DNA of 64,000 nucleotides from an uncultured Clostridium sp. (GCA_938036545.1 CALHQJ010000010.1:22980-86979); one strand, 5' to 3'. Numbered from the stretch's first letter, positions 8,385 through 19,091 are shown. Notes: generated from the sequence alone by a model not told the origin. A program made the numbers and translations.

Positions 8385-9776
8385 ATGGAAATGATTATGT
8401 ATCAAATTGATTTTCAAAAGCCTCAGGCAGTTCATTTTATAGGAATCGGCGGCATCAGTATGAGCGGCCTTGCAGAAATTTTATTGGATGAAGGATTTCA
8501 GGTATCCGGATCAGATGCTCAAAAAAGCGCTCTTACAGAACATTTAGAGCAGAAAGGTGCTAAGATTTTTATTGGCCAGAGGGCATCGAACATTGAGGAA
8601 GGAATGGAAGTAGTGGTATATACAGCGGCAATACATGAAGACAATCCGGAGTTTGCATGTGCAAAAGAACGGCAGATTCCCATGTTGTCCAGGGCAGAGC
8701 TGTTGGGAGAAATGATGCGTAATTACCGTCAGGCAGTAGCAGTTTCAGGAACCCACGGAAAGACTACAACCACTTCCATGCTGACAGAGATTTTACTGCA
8801 GGCTCAGACGGACCCAACAATTTCTGTAGGAGGGATGTTAGACTCTATTCAGGGAAATATCCGAATTGGCGGATCAGACTTGTTTGTGACGGAAGCTTGT
8901 GAATACACCAACAGTTTTTTGTCTTTCTTCCCTACCATGGAGATTATTTTGAATATTGAAGCGGATCATTTGGACTTTTTTAAGGATCTGGATGATATTC
9001 GTCATTCTTTCCACCTGTTTACAGAAAGAATGCCTGAAAATGGTACGCTGATTATTAACAGCGACATTGAGAATTACAAGGAAATTACAGAAGGATTAAG
9101 CTGCAAAATTATTACCTTTGGAAAAGCCCAGGACAGCACGTACTGCGCTGAAAACATTGCCTATGATGAGTTTGCAAGACCGTCTTACGATTTAATAAAG
9201 GACGGAGAAAAGGCAGGCAGAATCAATCTTGGAGTAACGGGAGAACACAATGTGTACAATTCTCTGGCAGCCATTGCGGCAGCCTGGGAACTGGGTGTTT
9301 CTGTGGAAGATATGCAGAAGGGCTTGTCTGGTTTTTCCGGCCCTCACCGCAGATTTGAAAAAAAGGGCGAGCTTCACGGAATTACGATTATTGACGATTA
9401 CGCCCACCATCCCCAGGAGATTCACGCCACTTTGTCAGCAGCGAAAAACTATCCTCATAATACACTTTGGTGCGTATTCCAGCCTCATACATATACGAGA
9501 ACCAAGGCGCTGATGGACGATTTTGCCAGGGCTCTGGCCGAAGCGGATCAGGTGGTTCTGGCAGACATTTTCCCGGCCAGAGAAACCGACAATCTGGGAA
9601 TCAGCTCCGCTGATTTGGCAGAAAAAATAGAGCAATTGGGAACAAAAGTCCATTATCTTCCATCATTTGACGATATTGAAACATTTCTTTTGGAAAATTG
9701 TGTCAACGGTGATTTGTTGATAACTATGGGAGCCGGAGACATTGTAAAAGTGGGAGAAAAGCTGTTAGGACAGTAG
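8385..9776 (+). CDS. murC: UDP-N-acetylmuramate--L-alanine ligase
   Basis: It has HFIGIGGISMSGLAEILL, VSGTHGKTTTTSML and DDYAHHPQEI motifs. Alternative starts are ATG 8391 and 8397. Confidence 0.95.
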   Translation: MEMIMYQIDFQKPQAVHFIGIGGISMSGLAEILLDEGFQVSGSDAQKSALTEHLEQKGAKIFIGQRASNIEEGMEVVVYTAAIHEDNPEFACAKERQIPMLSRAELLGEMMRNYRQAVAVSGTHGKTTTTSMLTEILLQAQTDPTISVGGMLDSIQGNIRIGGSDLFVTEACEYTNSFLSFFPTMEIILNIEADHLDFFKDLDDIRHSFHLFTERMPENGTLIINSDIENYKEITEGLSCKIITFGKAQDSTYCAENIAYDEFARPSYDLIKDGEKAGRINLGVTGEHNVYNSLAAIAAAWELGVSVEDMQKGLSGFSGPHRRFEKKGELHGITIIDDYAHHPQEIHATLSAAKNYPHNTLWCVFQPHTYTRTKALMDDFARALAEADQVVLADIFPARETDNLGISSADLAEKIEQLGTKVHYLPSFDDIETFLLENCVNGDLLITMGAGDIVKVGEKLLGQ

Positions 9777-9976
9777 TTATCCACAATATCCACATAGTTT
9801 TCAACATTTTATGTAAAGAGACTATGTGGATTTTTTAATTTACATAATAAAAAGTCGCACAATTAAGAAAACCTTGAATTTACAAGGAATTCGACAGGGT
9901 TCGAGCCAAAAGGCAAGGATGCGCAAAAAAAGTTATCCCCAGTATCCACAATATCCACAATGTTGCATGTGGATAG
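9777..9976. promoter_or_regulatory. DnaA-box cluster (7 boxes within 200 bp) upstream of the helicase-loader operon
   Basis: The consensus is TTATCCACA. Boxes are ttatccaca 9777-9785 (perfect), atatccaca 9786-9794, tgtggattt 9825-9833 (reverse), ttatcccca 9933-9941, gtatccaca 9942-9950, atatccaca 9951-9959 and tgtggatag 9968-9976 (reverse). An AT-rich spacer lies at about 9831-9870. Confidence 0.75.
9789..9836 (+). terminator. rho-independent terminator after murC
   Basis: The stem tccacatagt (9789-9798) pairs with actatgtgga (9821-9830) and is followed by tttttt. The stem arms overlap DnaA-box-like sequences. Confidence 0.6.
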
Positions 9977-10052
9977 ATGGCCCTATTTTCTTTTAAAGGT
10001 GGATATGATATACTGAATGCAGACGGTTATCACAGAAAAGGAGAATGTTATC

Positions 10053-11105
10053 ATGCCCTATCAACTGAGTACGCAGGCAGTGCCGGAGGTTACGGTTGTA
10101 ACCAATGAATTTATAGACAAATACATGGCCGGAGCCAACGGCGAATATGTAAAGGTGTATCTTTACCTTCTGCGTCACCAAAAAGAACTGGTAGAGGTAG
10201 GAGCCATAGCAGATGCGTTAAATCATACAGAGGCAGACGTGCGCCGGGCATTGGCTTATTGGGAGAAAGCTGGAATTCTATCAAAAGGAGAGGACAGGCC
10301 GGAACCGGTTTCCTCTTTAGCTTCAAATCCTGTTTCGGTTTCCGTTCCGGTTCCATCTCCGATCCGGACAGAAAAGAAACCGGTTCCGGCAGAAAGTTTG
10401 AACCGGCTGAGCGGTGACGAGGATTTTGCAGAGCTTCTCTACATTGCCCAGAAATACCTGAATAAAGTATTTACCCAGCGGGACTGCCAGACATTTGCTT
10501 ATTTATATGACAGTCTGCATATGAAAAAGGATTTGCTGGAATATCTGGTAGAATACTGCGCCCAACTGGGGCATACCAGCATCCGATATATTGAAACCGT
10601 GGCGCTGAACTGGCACGAGCAGGGAATTACTACGGCAGACGAGGCGAAGCTGGCTTCTGCAGCTTATACAAAGGATGCCTTTGCTGTAATGAAGGCATTT
10701 GGCCTGACAGAACGAAGACCAGGCGTTTCGGAGCAGAAGATGATGGATAAGTGGTTTAAGGAATGGGGATTTAGCAGGGAACTGGTAATGGAGGCCTGCA
10801 GCCGGACGCTTCAGTCTGCCCACACTCCCAGTTTTCCATATACAGATAAGATTCTGGAAGCGTGGAAAGCGCAGAACGTCCACAGTATGGCAGATGTGAA
10901 GGATCTTGATGCAAGGCGGAAGAAACGGGAAAAAGCAACAGGGACGGAGGCCGGCACATCCAGAGGGGGACAACCGGCAGGCAGCAGGCAGGGAAGCGCT
11001 GCGGGACAGAGCCAGGTACGGAAAACACCAAATCAGTTCCATAATTTCCAGCAGAGAGACGTAGATTATGACGCCCTGATCTTGGAACAGATTCAAAAGA
11101 AATAG
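10053..11105 (+). CDS. DnaD/DnaB_2-domain replication initiation and membrane attachment-type protein
   Basis: The N-terminal winged-helix part is YVKVYLYLLRH...DVRRALAYWEKAGIL, and a DnaD-like repeat follows (IRYIETVALNWHEQGITT; YTDKILEAWKAQNVHS). The start is at ATG 10053 behind AAGGAG. Confidence 0.8.
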   Translation: MPYQLSTQAVPEVTVVTNEFIDKYMAGANGEYVKVYLYLLRHQKELVEVGAIADALNHTEADVRRALAYWEKAGILSKGEDRPEPVSSLASNPVSVSVPVPSPIRTEKKPVPAESLNRLSGDEDFAELLYIAQKYLNKVFTQRDCQTFAYLYDSLHMKKDLLEYLVEYCAQLGHTSIRYIETVALNWHEQGITTADEAKLASAAYTKDAFAVMKAFGLTERRPGVSEQKMMDKWFKEWGFSRELVMEACSRTLQSAHTPSFPYTDKILEAWKAQNVHSMADVKDLDARRKKREKATGTEAGTSRGGQPAGSRQGSAAGQSQVRKTPNQFHNFQQRDVDYDALILEQIQKK

Positions 11106-11113
11106 GAGGACAT

Positions 11114-12103
11114 ATGGCACTTAGCAATTCTCAGTACAACAGTATTATGCGGGATTATGAAAGAAGCCGTATCGAACACCGCCATAGCCAGGAGAAGCGG
11201 ATAGAAGAGATTTATCAGAGGATTCCGGCTGTAAAGGACATTGATCAGGCAGTGGGAGCAAAGGCAGTAGAGCGGGCCAGACAGCTTTTGTCCGGAGACA
11301 GGGAGGCCAGGGAAAGACTGAAGCAGGAGATTGCCGAACTGGGAGAACAGAGGACAGCGCTGCTGACTGCTTACGGCTATCCGGAAGATTACATGGAGAT
11401 GACATACAATTGTCCTGACTGCCAGGATACCGGATATGTAAATGGAAAAAAATGCCACTGTTTCCGGAGGGCACAGATGAAGCTTCTGTATGCCCAGTCT
11501 AACATTGACGAGATTGTAAGCAGAGAGAACTTTCATACGTTTTCCTGCGAATGCTTTGACAATACTTACATCATACCTCAGGTAGGGATGACTGCCGCCA
11601 GGTATATGAAACAGGTAAAAGAGCAGTGTGAGGAGTTTGCCAGACGGTTTGGCACAGACGGTGGAAATATTCTGTTTACCGGCAATACCGGAGTGGGAAA
11701 GACTTTTTTAAGCAACTGCATTGCAAAAGAGGTGATGGACGCTTATTATTCTGTGCTGTATTTATCGGCTAACGATTTATTTGAGGTGTTTTCCAAAAAC
11801 CGGTTTGAGTCCCGCAGCGAAGAAGAGATTCGGGATACGTATCAGTCCATACTGGAATGTGATCTGCTGATTATTGACGATTTGGGTACAGAGGTTAATA
11901 ACAGCTTTACTTCATCCCAGTTGTTTTACTGTATCAATGACAGACTATCCAATGGACGCTCTACCATTATTTCCACTAACCTGTCCTTAAACATGCTTCG
12001 AGACAACTATACAGACCGAGTGACATCACGGATTATCAGCGGATACCGGATAATTCCCTTATATGGGGAGGATCTGCGCAGGAGAAAGCTTCTGGGGGGT
12101 TGA
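11114..12103 (+). CDS. DnaI/DnaC-type helicase loader ATPase (IstB-like AAA+)
   Basis: It has a Cys-rich N-domain (CPDCQDTGY...KCHC), Walker A GNTGVGKTFL and Walker B LLIIDDLGTE. It is translationally adjacent to the DnaD-like gene. Confidence 0.85.
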   Translation: MALSNSQYNSIMRDYERSRIEHRHSQEKRIEEIYQRIPAVKDIDQAVGAKAVERARQLLSGDREARERLKQEIAELGEQRTALLTAYGYPEDYMEMTYNCPDCQDTGYVNGKKCHCFRRAQMKLLYAQSNIDEIVSRENFHTFSCECFDNTYIIPQVGMTAARYMKQVKEQCEEFARRFGTDGGNILFTGNTGVGKTFLSNCIAKEVMDAYYSVLYLSANDLFEVFSKNRFESRSEEEIRDTYQSILECDLLIIDDLGTEVNNSFTSSQLFYCINDRLSNGRSTIISTNLSLNMLRDNYTDRVTSRIISGYRIIPLYGEDLRRRKLLGG

Positions 12104-12177
12104 CTATTTCCTGGGAGAATGTTATAAAAGAATTGCCTATTATTATACGAACTTATAACCAATAGATGGAGGACGAA

Positions 12178-13350
12178 ATGCTGTACGAAGAGAAGATTAT
12201 TGAGACCATTCCGGTGGGGCCATTAGGCTTGATTCCTTTAAAGAGCTGTGCTGCTCTGGGAGAAAAGGTTGACAAGTATCTGGTAGACTGGAGAAGAGAA
12301 CGGGAAAGCGAGCACAAACATTCCATCGCATTTTCCGGTTATCAGAGGGATTCTTACATTATAGGGGCTAAAACTCCCCGATTCGGTTCCGGTGAAGGAA
12401 AGGGAACTTTGGAGGCCTCTGTCCGCGGTGACGACTTATACCTGATGGTAGATGTGTGCAATTATAGCTTGACCTATTCCCTGTGCGGGATGACTAACCA
12501 CATGTCTCCTGACGACCATTTCCAGGATTTAAAGCGTGTTATTGCTGCAGCAGCAGGAAAGGCCCGCAGAATCAATGTAATTATGCCGTTCCTTTATGAG
12601 AGCCGCCAGCATAAGCGCTCCAGCAGAGAGTCTTTAGACTGTGCACTGGCGCTTCAGGAGCTGGTTCAGATGGGAGTAGAAAACATTATCACATTTGACG
12701 CCCATGATCCTCGTGTGCAGAACGCAATTCCATTCAGGGGATTTGAGACTGTGCAGCCGATTTACCAGTTTATTAAGCACTTATTAAGAAATGAAACCAA
12801 TCTGCAGATTGACAGTGATCATATGATGGTAATCAGTCCGGATGAAGGCGGAATGGGACGTGCAGTTTACTTTGCCAATGTTCTTGGCCTGGATATGGGT
12901 ATGTTCTATAAGCGCAGAGATTATACCAAGATTGTAAATGGACGCAACCCGATTGTTGCCCATGAATTTTTGGGAAGTGATGTAGAAGGAAAAGACGTAC
13001 TGATTATTGACGACATGATTTCTTCTGGAGAAAGCATGCTGGATGTTGCAAAAGAGTTAAAGAAGCGCAAAGCAAGAAAAGTATTTATCTGCGCTACCTT
13101 CGGCCTGTTTACCAACGGCCTGGCTAAATTTGACGAATACTATGAGAACGGCCTGATTGACAGAATCCTGACTACCAACCTGGTATACCAGACTCCGGAT
13201 CTGCTTCAGAGACCATACTACATTGACGTAGATATGAGCAAGTACATTGCGCTGATTATCGATAATCTGAATCACGACGCATCCTTAAGCGAGCTGTTAA
13301 ATCCTACCGGACGAATTAACAGGCTGCTGGATCAGTATAGAAGCAAGTAG
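12178..13350 (+). CDS. prs: ribose-phosphate pyrophosphokinase (long form)
   Basis: It has ESRQHKRSSRESL, FDAHDPRVQNAIP and the PRPP-binding loop VLIIDDMISSGESM. GGAGG precedes ATG 12178, and the ORF is open from 12166. Confidence 0.85.
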   Translation: MLYEEKIIETIPVGPLGLIPLKSCAALGEKVDKYLVDWRRERESEHKHSIAFSGYQRDSYIIGAKTPRFGSGEGKGTLEASVRGDDLYLMVDVCNYSLTYSLCGMTNHMSPDDHFQDLKRVIAAAAGKARRINVIMPFLYESRQHKRSSRESLDCALALQELVQMGVENIITFDAHDPRVQNAIPFRGFETVQPIYQFIKHLLRNETNLQIDSDHMMVISPDEGGMGRAVYFANVLGLDMGMFYKRRDYTKIVNGRNPIVAHEFLGSDVEGKDVLIIDDMISSGESMLDVAKELKKRKARKVFICATFGLFTNGLAKFDEYYENGLIDRILTTNLVYQTPDLLQRPYYIDVDMSKYIALIIDNLNHDASLSELLNPTGRINRLLDQYRSK

Positions 13351-13366
13351 TAACGGTTCAGCATGC
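13350..13366. repeat. half-copy of the GTAACnGTTCAGC palindromic repeat family
   Basis: gtaacggttcagcatgc lies immediately after the prs stop codon. Compare 19050, 53328, 52297 and 62047. Confidence 0.5.
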
Positions 13367-13381
13367 AGGAAGGAGAAAGCT

Positions 13382-14146
13382 ATGTTCAGCCATCAGGAAA
13401 TCCGCTCCTTTAACGAACTTGAGATGTCCATTTATAATTATATCCTTAGCAATAAGGAGAAGGTTGTATATATGAAAATCAGGGATCTAGCCGATGGAGC
13501 TCACGTTTCTACAACAACCGTACTTCGCTTTTGCAAGAAAGTAGGATGCGAGGGATATTCGGAGTTTAAACTGAGGCTGAAGCAGGAACTTTTGGATCAG
13601 AAAAGCCAGCAGCCGGATTTGGACATCAGCGCCATGACGGAATTTTTTCAGAGAGCAGAGGGAGAGGCTTACCAGAACTCCCTGAAAAAGGCGCTGGATA
13701 TTCTGGAACATTCCGATATTGTGGTATTCATTGGAGTTGGTTCCTCGGCAGTCCTTGGAAAATACGGAGCCCGTTATTTTAATAATGCAGGCTGCCTTTC
13801 GATGTGCATTGATGATCCGTTTACTCCTGTGTTCTGCGAAGAGAGCGACAGGGTTACTGTTATCGCCCTTTCGGTATCAGGAACTACAGAGCAGACGCTG
13901 AACATGGCCGGTCAGCTGAAAGCCAGAGGATCGTCTCTGATTTCCATTACAGACAGCGCCAATTGTCCTCTTGCCAATATGAGCGACTGCAATATAGCCT
14001 ATTATATTCCGGTTTTGCGGCTGGATGAGTATTTTGATTTGACGTCCCAGATTCCGGTACTCTTTACCCTGGAAACCCTGGGGAGGAGGCTATGCGGAAG
14101 AAAGAGAAAAACCGTAACGCTAAAAAACAAAGAACCGGAATTATAG
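13382..14146 (+). CDS. MurR/RpiR family transcriptional regulator (HTH_6 + SIS)
   Basis: The HTH is IRDLADGAHVSTTTVLRFCKKVGCEGYSEFK and the SIS domain is VVFIGVGSSAVLGKYGARYF...VIALSVSGTTEQT. Confidence 0.88.
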   Translation: MFSHQEIRSFNELEMSIYNYILSNKEKVVYMKIRDLADGAHVSTTTVLRFCKKVGCEGYSEFKLRLKQELLDQKSQQPDLDISAMTEFFQRAEGEAYQNSLKKALDILEHSDIVVFIGVGSSAVLGKYGARYFNNAGCLSMCIDDPFTPVFCEESDRVTVIALSVSGTTEQTLNMAGQLKARGSSLISITDSANCPLANMSDCNIAYYIPVLRLDEYFDLTSQIPVLFTLETLGRRLCGRKRKTVTLKNKEPEL

Positions 14147-14169
14147 AAAAAGTTAACAAAAATAAAGTA

Positions 14170-14216
14170 AAAAACAGTGCAGATCACACAATAAAATGTG
14201 ACGCACTGTTTTTTGT
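14170..14216 (+). terminator. rho-independent terminator after rpiR
   Basis: The stem acagtgc (14174-14180) pairs with gcactgt (14203-14209), with an inner tcaca/tgtga pairing, followed by tttttt. Confidence 0.7.
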
Positions 14217-14266
14217 TTGGAAAAAATTATATCTGTGTGTATCTGTTTTATTAAGCCGCAAAACTA

Positions 14267-14295
14267 TTGGCAAGATGTAAAACGCCTGTTATACT
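14267..14295 (+). promoter_or_regulatory. promoter TTGGCA-17-TATACT (TGn extended) for the cellobiose-type PTS operon
   Basis: ttggca lies at 14267-14272, followed by a 17-nt spacer ending in tgt, then tatact at 14290-14295. Confidence 0.6.
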
Positions 14296-14351
14296 GACCT
14301 CACAAGACAGAGAAAGACCGGTCACAGCAAAGAAGATGAGGAGGGAATACA

Positions 14352-14675
14352 GTGGAACAGTCAATGACAGAAAAAGTAATTATGGAACTGGTAGTCAACA
14401 GCGGAAATGCCAGAAGCCTGGCAATGGAAGCAATCCGGCTGGCCAAAGAAGGAAGCTTTGCAGAAGCAGAGGAAATGCTCCAGACCTCAAAGGACGCTAT
14501 TTTGAAGGCCCATGAGTTTCAGACGGAGCTGGTAAGTAAGGAAGCGGCAGGAGAGAAGGTAGAAACCTCTCTGATTATGTGCCACGGACAGGATCACCTG
14601 ATGACGGCAATGGTCATTATTGATCTGGCAGCAGAATTTATTGATGTGTATAAGAGCATGAAGAAATTGAATTAA
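14352..14675 (+). CDS. PTS lactose/cellobiose-family EIIA
   Basis: It has SGNARSLAMEAIRLAKEG and the conserved active-site segment IMCHGQDHLMTA. The GTG start lies 8 nt after GAGGAGGG. Confidence 0.88.
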   Translation: MEQSMTEKVIMELVVNSGNARSLAMEAIRLAKEGSFAEAEEMLQTSKDAILKAHEFQTELVSKEAAGEKVETSLIMCHGQDHLMTAMVIIDLAAEFIDVYKSMKKLN

Positions 14676-14676
14676 A

Positions 14677-14713
14677 ACAGTCCAGCCATGCGAAGATGAT
14701 GGCGGAACTGTTA
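14677..14713. repeat. palindromic repeat-family copy between EIIA and EIIB genes
   Basis: The sequence aacagtccagccat-gcgaagat-gatggcggaactgttac forms an imperfect hairpin. Its right arm gaagatgatggcggaactgttaca matches the arms at 52311-52336 and 60745-60771. Confidence 0.6.
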
Positions 14714-14742
14714 CAAACAATTAAAACCAAGGAGGAAAAAAT

Positions 14743-15054
14743 ATGTTCGTAGTAAGATTATTTTGTGCAGCAGGTATGTCAACCAGTCTTATGGTAAACA
14801 AGATGAAGGACGCAGCAAGAGAAATGGGAATCGAAGCAGATATTGAGGCTGCTCCGGAGGCCAATATGGACAAAGAGACCAATGGAATTGATGTTGCCCT
14901 TCTCGGTCCCCAGGTTCGTTATAAACTGGCAGAGGCAAAGAGAATCTGCGGCCCCAAAAATGTGGCAGTTGACGTAATCCCAATGATGGACTACGGTACC
15001 ATGAACGGAAAAAATGTTTTGAATTTTGCACTGAAGCTGGCTGGCAGACAGTAA
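14743..15054 (+). CDS. PTS cellobiose-family EIIB
   Basis: MFVVRLFCAAGMSTSLMV carries the active-site Cys motif. Confidence 0.9.
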   Translation: MFVVRLFCAAGMSTSLMVNKMKDAAREMGIEADIEAAPEANMDKETNGIDVALLGPQVRYKLAEAKRICGPKNVAVDVIPMMDYGTMNGKNVLNFALKLAGRQ

Positions 15055-15126
15055 GGCAAAGGACAAAGGCGGCAAAGAGTTCCAGCCTGCTGCCTGAAAT
15101 TTAAAAAGGAATGGGAGAGATATACC

Positions 15127-16443
15127 ATGGGATTTATGGAAAAATTACAGGAAAAAATGGATGCCACGCTGGTTCCCCTTGCAGCAAAGCTCAATGCACA
15201 GCGCCATGTGGCAGCAGTACGTGATGCATTTACACTTGCCTTTCCGCTTACGCTGGCAGGTTCCATTATAGTTTTAATCAATTATGCATTGCTGTCTCCA
15301 GACGGCTTTGTGGCAAAGCTGCTGCATCTGGGAACACTGATTCCCAATCTGGCTGATTACCAGCAGATTTTCACGCCGATTTTAAACGGAACTACCAATA
15401 TTATGTCGTTGCTGATTACCTTCCTCTGTGCATATAAGCTGGCAGAAACAAAGGGCGGAGATGCACTTTTGTCGGCAATCTGTGCAGTAGGCACGTATTT
15501 TATCATTTATCCTCCCTATGTAGACGGCGCTTTGCCAATGACGTTTATGGGGGCTCAGGGACTTTTTGTAGCGTTAATCGTTGGCCTTCTGGTAGGCGAG
15601 TTTTTGACAGAGATGGCAAAAAATAAGAAACTCTGCATTAAGATGCCGGATACGGTACCGCCTGCAGTTGCCCGATCTTTTAACCTGGTTATCCCGATTA
15701 TCCTGATTTTTATCATTGCTGCAGTAGGCAATTTCTTTTTAAGCAAGGTTACAGAAGGCGGTATTCAGTACGTAATCTATAACATGATTCAGAAGCCATT
15801 CTCCCGTCTGGGCGGAAATATTGTAACTATCCTGTTGTTTGCCCTGGCACAGCAGTTCTTATGGATTTTGGGTATTCACGGACCAAACACTCTGAATGCA
15901 GTTCGTACTGTTATGTTTGGTGAAGCAAACATTGCAAACCTGGCTTACTTTGGAGCAAATGGAACCACCATTGGAACAGATTTCCCAGTTACCTGGATGT
16001 CGATTAATGATGCGTTCGGCAATATCGGCGGATCTGGCGCAACATTAGGCCTGATTATTGCGATTTTCCTTGTGGCAAGAAAAGATAAAACCCAGTATAC
16101 CATTGGTAAACTGGCACTGGCTCCAGGCCTGTTTAATATTAATGAGCCTCTGATGTTTGGCCTTCCAATTGTTATGAACCCGATTTATGCGATTCCGTTT
16201 ATGCTGTCTCCGGTTGTCTGCAATATTATTGGATATTTGTGCACAATGGTATTCCAGATCATTCCTCCGGCAACAGTAGATGTAGGCTGGACAACCCCAG
16301 GCTTCCTGATTCCATTCCTGGCTTCCGGCGGCACCAATATACTTTCACTGGCGATTGGCTTGTTGTGTCTGGCTGTAAGTACCTTGATTTACCTGCCTTT
16401 TGTAAAAGCAGCAGCAAAGGTTAATATGGCACGGGAAAATTAA
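15127..16443 (+). CDS. PTS cellobiose-family EIIC permease
   Basis: The 438-aa polytopic protein has LWILGIHGPN and NEPLMFGLPIVMNP motifs typical of the Lac/Chb EIIC family. Confidence 0.9.
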   Translation: MGFMEKLQEKMDATLVPLAAKLNAQRHVAAVRDAFTLAFPLTLAGSIIVLINYALLSPDGFVAKLLHLGTLIPNLADYQQIFTPILNGTTNIMSLLITFLCAYKLAETKGGDALLSAICAVGTYFIIYPPYVDGALPMTFMGAQGLFVALIVGLLVGEFLTEMAKNKKLCIKMPDTVPPAVARSFNLVIPIILIFIIAAVGNFFLSKVTEGGIQYVIYNMIQKPFSRLGGNIVTILLFALAQQFLWILGIHGPNTLNAVRTVMFGEANIANLAYFGANGTTIGTDFPVTWMSINDAFGNIGGSGATLGLIIAIFLVARKDKTQYTIGKLALAPGLFNINEPLMFGLPIVMNPIYAIPFMLSPVVCNIIGYLCTMVFQIIPPATVDVGWTTPGFLIPFLASGGTNILSLAIGLLCLAVSTLIYLPFVKAAAKVNMAREN

Positions 16444-16458
16444 TGTAATGTTTGTTGA

Positions 16459-17904
<1,446 letters not shown>

Positions 17905-17920
17905 GAGGAGATTTTGATAG

Positions 17921-18829
17921 ATGGAAAAAAAGTATCTGTGTATAGATGTAGGCGGTACATCCATTAAATATGCTGTGCTTGACAACAAACTCCAGTTTTC
18001 GGTCAGGGGCAGTGTCGTCACACCTTATGAGGGGACAGAGACATACCTGAATACATTAGAAGCCATTTTTCGGGATGTAAAAGAAAAAGAGCCGGAGATT
18101 TCAGGAATTGCCATGTCGGTTCCAGGAATGATTGACAGCCGTCAGGGAATCTGCATCAACGGAGGAAACTTAACTTATGTGGAGCTGCTTCCTCTGGCGG
18201 CTAATATGAAGGAACGGTGCGGTGTTCCGGTGTCTATTATGAATGACGCTAAGGCCGCAGCCCTTGCAGAAGTCACCTGGGGAGCTTTGGCTGACTGTCA
18301 GGATGCAGTCGTAATCGTGTTTGGAACCGGAATCGGCGGCGCTCTTGTAAAAGACGGAGAAGTACACCTGGGAAAGCATTTTGGAGCCGGAGAATTTAGC
18401 TGGATTATGATGAGCCAGGAATTTGACCATGCAGAAGACTCCTGGGCGCTGCGAAATGGAAACCGACGTCTGGTAAATCTGGCTGCCGCTGCAAAAGGCG
18501 TAAGTGCAGATGGAATTACCAGCTATCAGGTGTTCCAGTGGGCGGAAGAAGGAGATGAGCGGGTGCTGTGGGCTCTGGACAAGTTTACCAAGGACATTGC
18601 CTTTATGATTATGAACCTTCAGGCCATCTACGATCCGGAACGGTTTGCTATTGGCGGAGGAATCAGCAAACAGCCGCTGCTGCTGAAATATACTCAGAGA
18701 AATCTGGACGGATTTTATGCAACTACGAGATTCCCCATTCCCAAACCGGAGATTGTAACCTGCAAATATTATAATGATGCAAACCTTATCGGAGCGTTGG
18801 GACATTTTCTTAACCAGTATCCGGCATAA
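17921..18829 (+). CDS. ROK family sugar kinase
   Basis: It has the ATP-binding N-terminus LCIDVGGTSIKYAV and VFGTGIGGALV. Confidence 0.85.
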   Translation: MEKKYLCIDVGGTSIKYAVLDNKLQFSVRGSVVTPYEGTETYLNTLEAIFRDVKEKEPEISGIAMSVPGMIDSRQGICINGGNLTYVELLPLAANMKERCGVPVSIMNDAKAAALAEVTWGALADCQDAVVIVFGTGIGGALVKDGEVHLGKHFGAGEFSWIMMSQEFDHAEDSWALRNGNRRLVNLAAAAKGVSADGITSYQVFQWAEEGDERVLWALDKFTKDIAFMIMNLQAIYDPERFAIGGGISKQPLLLKYTQRNLDGFYATTRFPIPKPEIVTCKYYNDANLIGALGHFLNQYPA

Positions 18830-18866
18830 CGTTTGAGAATATGAGAAAAAAGAATACGTAATAAAA

Positions 18867-18918
18867 GCTGCTGCAACATGGCAGGGGATGCCCTTACCAT
18901 GTTGCAGCAGTTTTTTTG
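18867..18918 (+). terminator. rho-independent terminator of the PTS/GH1/ROK operon
   Basis: A 14-15 bp stem gctgctgcaacatgg/ccatgttgcagcag is followed by ttttttt. Confidence 0.85.
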
Positions 18919-19049
18919 TTTGATAGGAAATAAATGCGACCCGCCGTAGTCAGCTGTTTTCTGGACAGCTAAAAAATATAGGAACAGCAGCTGAAAAAAT
19001 TAAGAAAAGTTTAGGTTGTAGTTTCATTGGATATTATATACAATAGTTT

Positions 19050-19091
19050 ATAACAGTTCAGCCATGGGAAAATTCATAGCTGAACTGTTAT
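19050..19091. repeat. complete copy of the palindromic repeat family
   Basis: ataacagttcagc (19050-19062) and gctgaactgttat (19079-19091) form a perfect 13-bp inverted repeat around a 16-nt loop. Confidence 0.75.

Noticed and set aside
9885-9915. A tRNA-like T-arm sequence (gggttcgagcc) lies in the murC-dnaD intergenic region.
   Set aside because: No complementary T-stem, acceptor stem or anticodon arm can be drawn, so this is an isolated similarity only.
9777-9976. The DnaA-box cluster could be the chromosomal origin (oriC).
   Set aside because: No dnaA, dnaN or rpmH lies in the vicinity, and I could not define a clear DnaA-trio/DUE arrangement. It is kept as a regulatory or titration cluster, and a genome-wide GC-skew analysis is needed to settle this.
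14267-14515. An 82-aa ORF (MARCKTPVILTSQDRERPV...) spans the PTS operon promoter and the EIIA start.
   Set aside because: It overlaps the predicted promoter and leader and the EIIA coding frame. It has a highly basic, low-complexity composition and no SD.
14696-14752. Short ORFs start inside repeat elements (MMAELLQTIKTKEEKICS at 14696; MAELLPE at 62048).
   Set aside because: The other copies of the element do not keep an open frame (for example ATG CAT GGC TGA at 52316). The shared ATGGCTGAAC is explained by the repeat itself.
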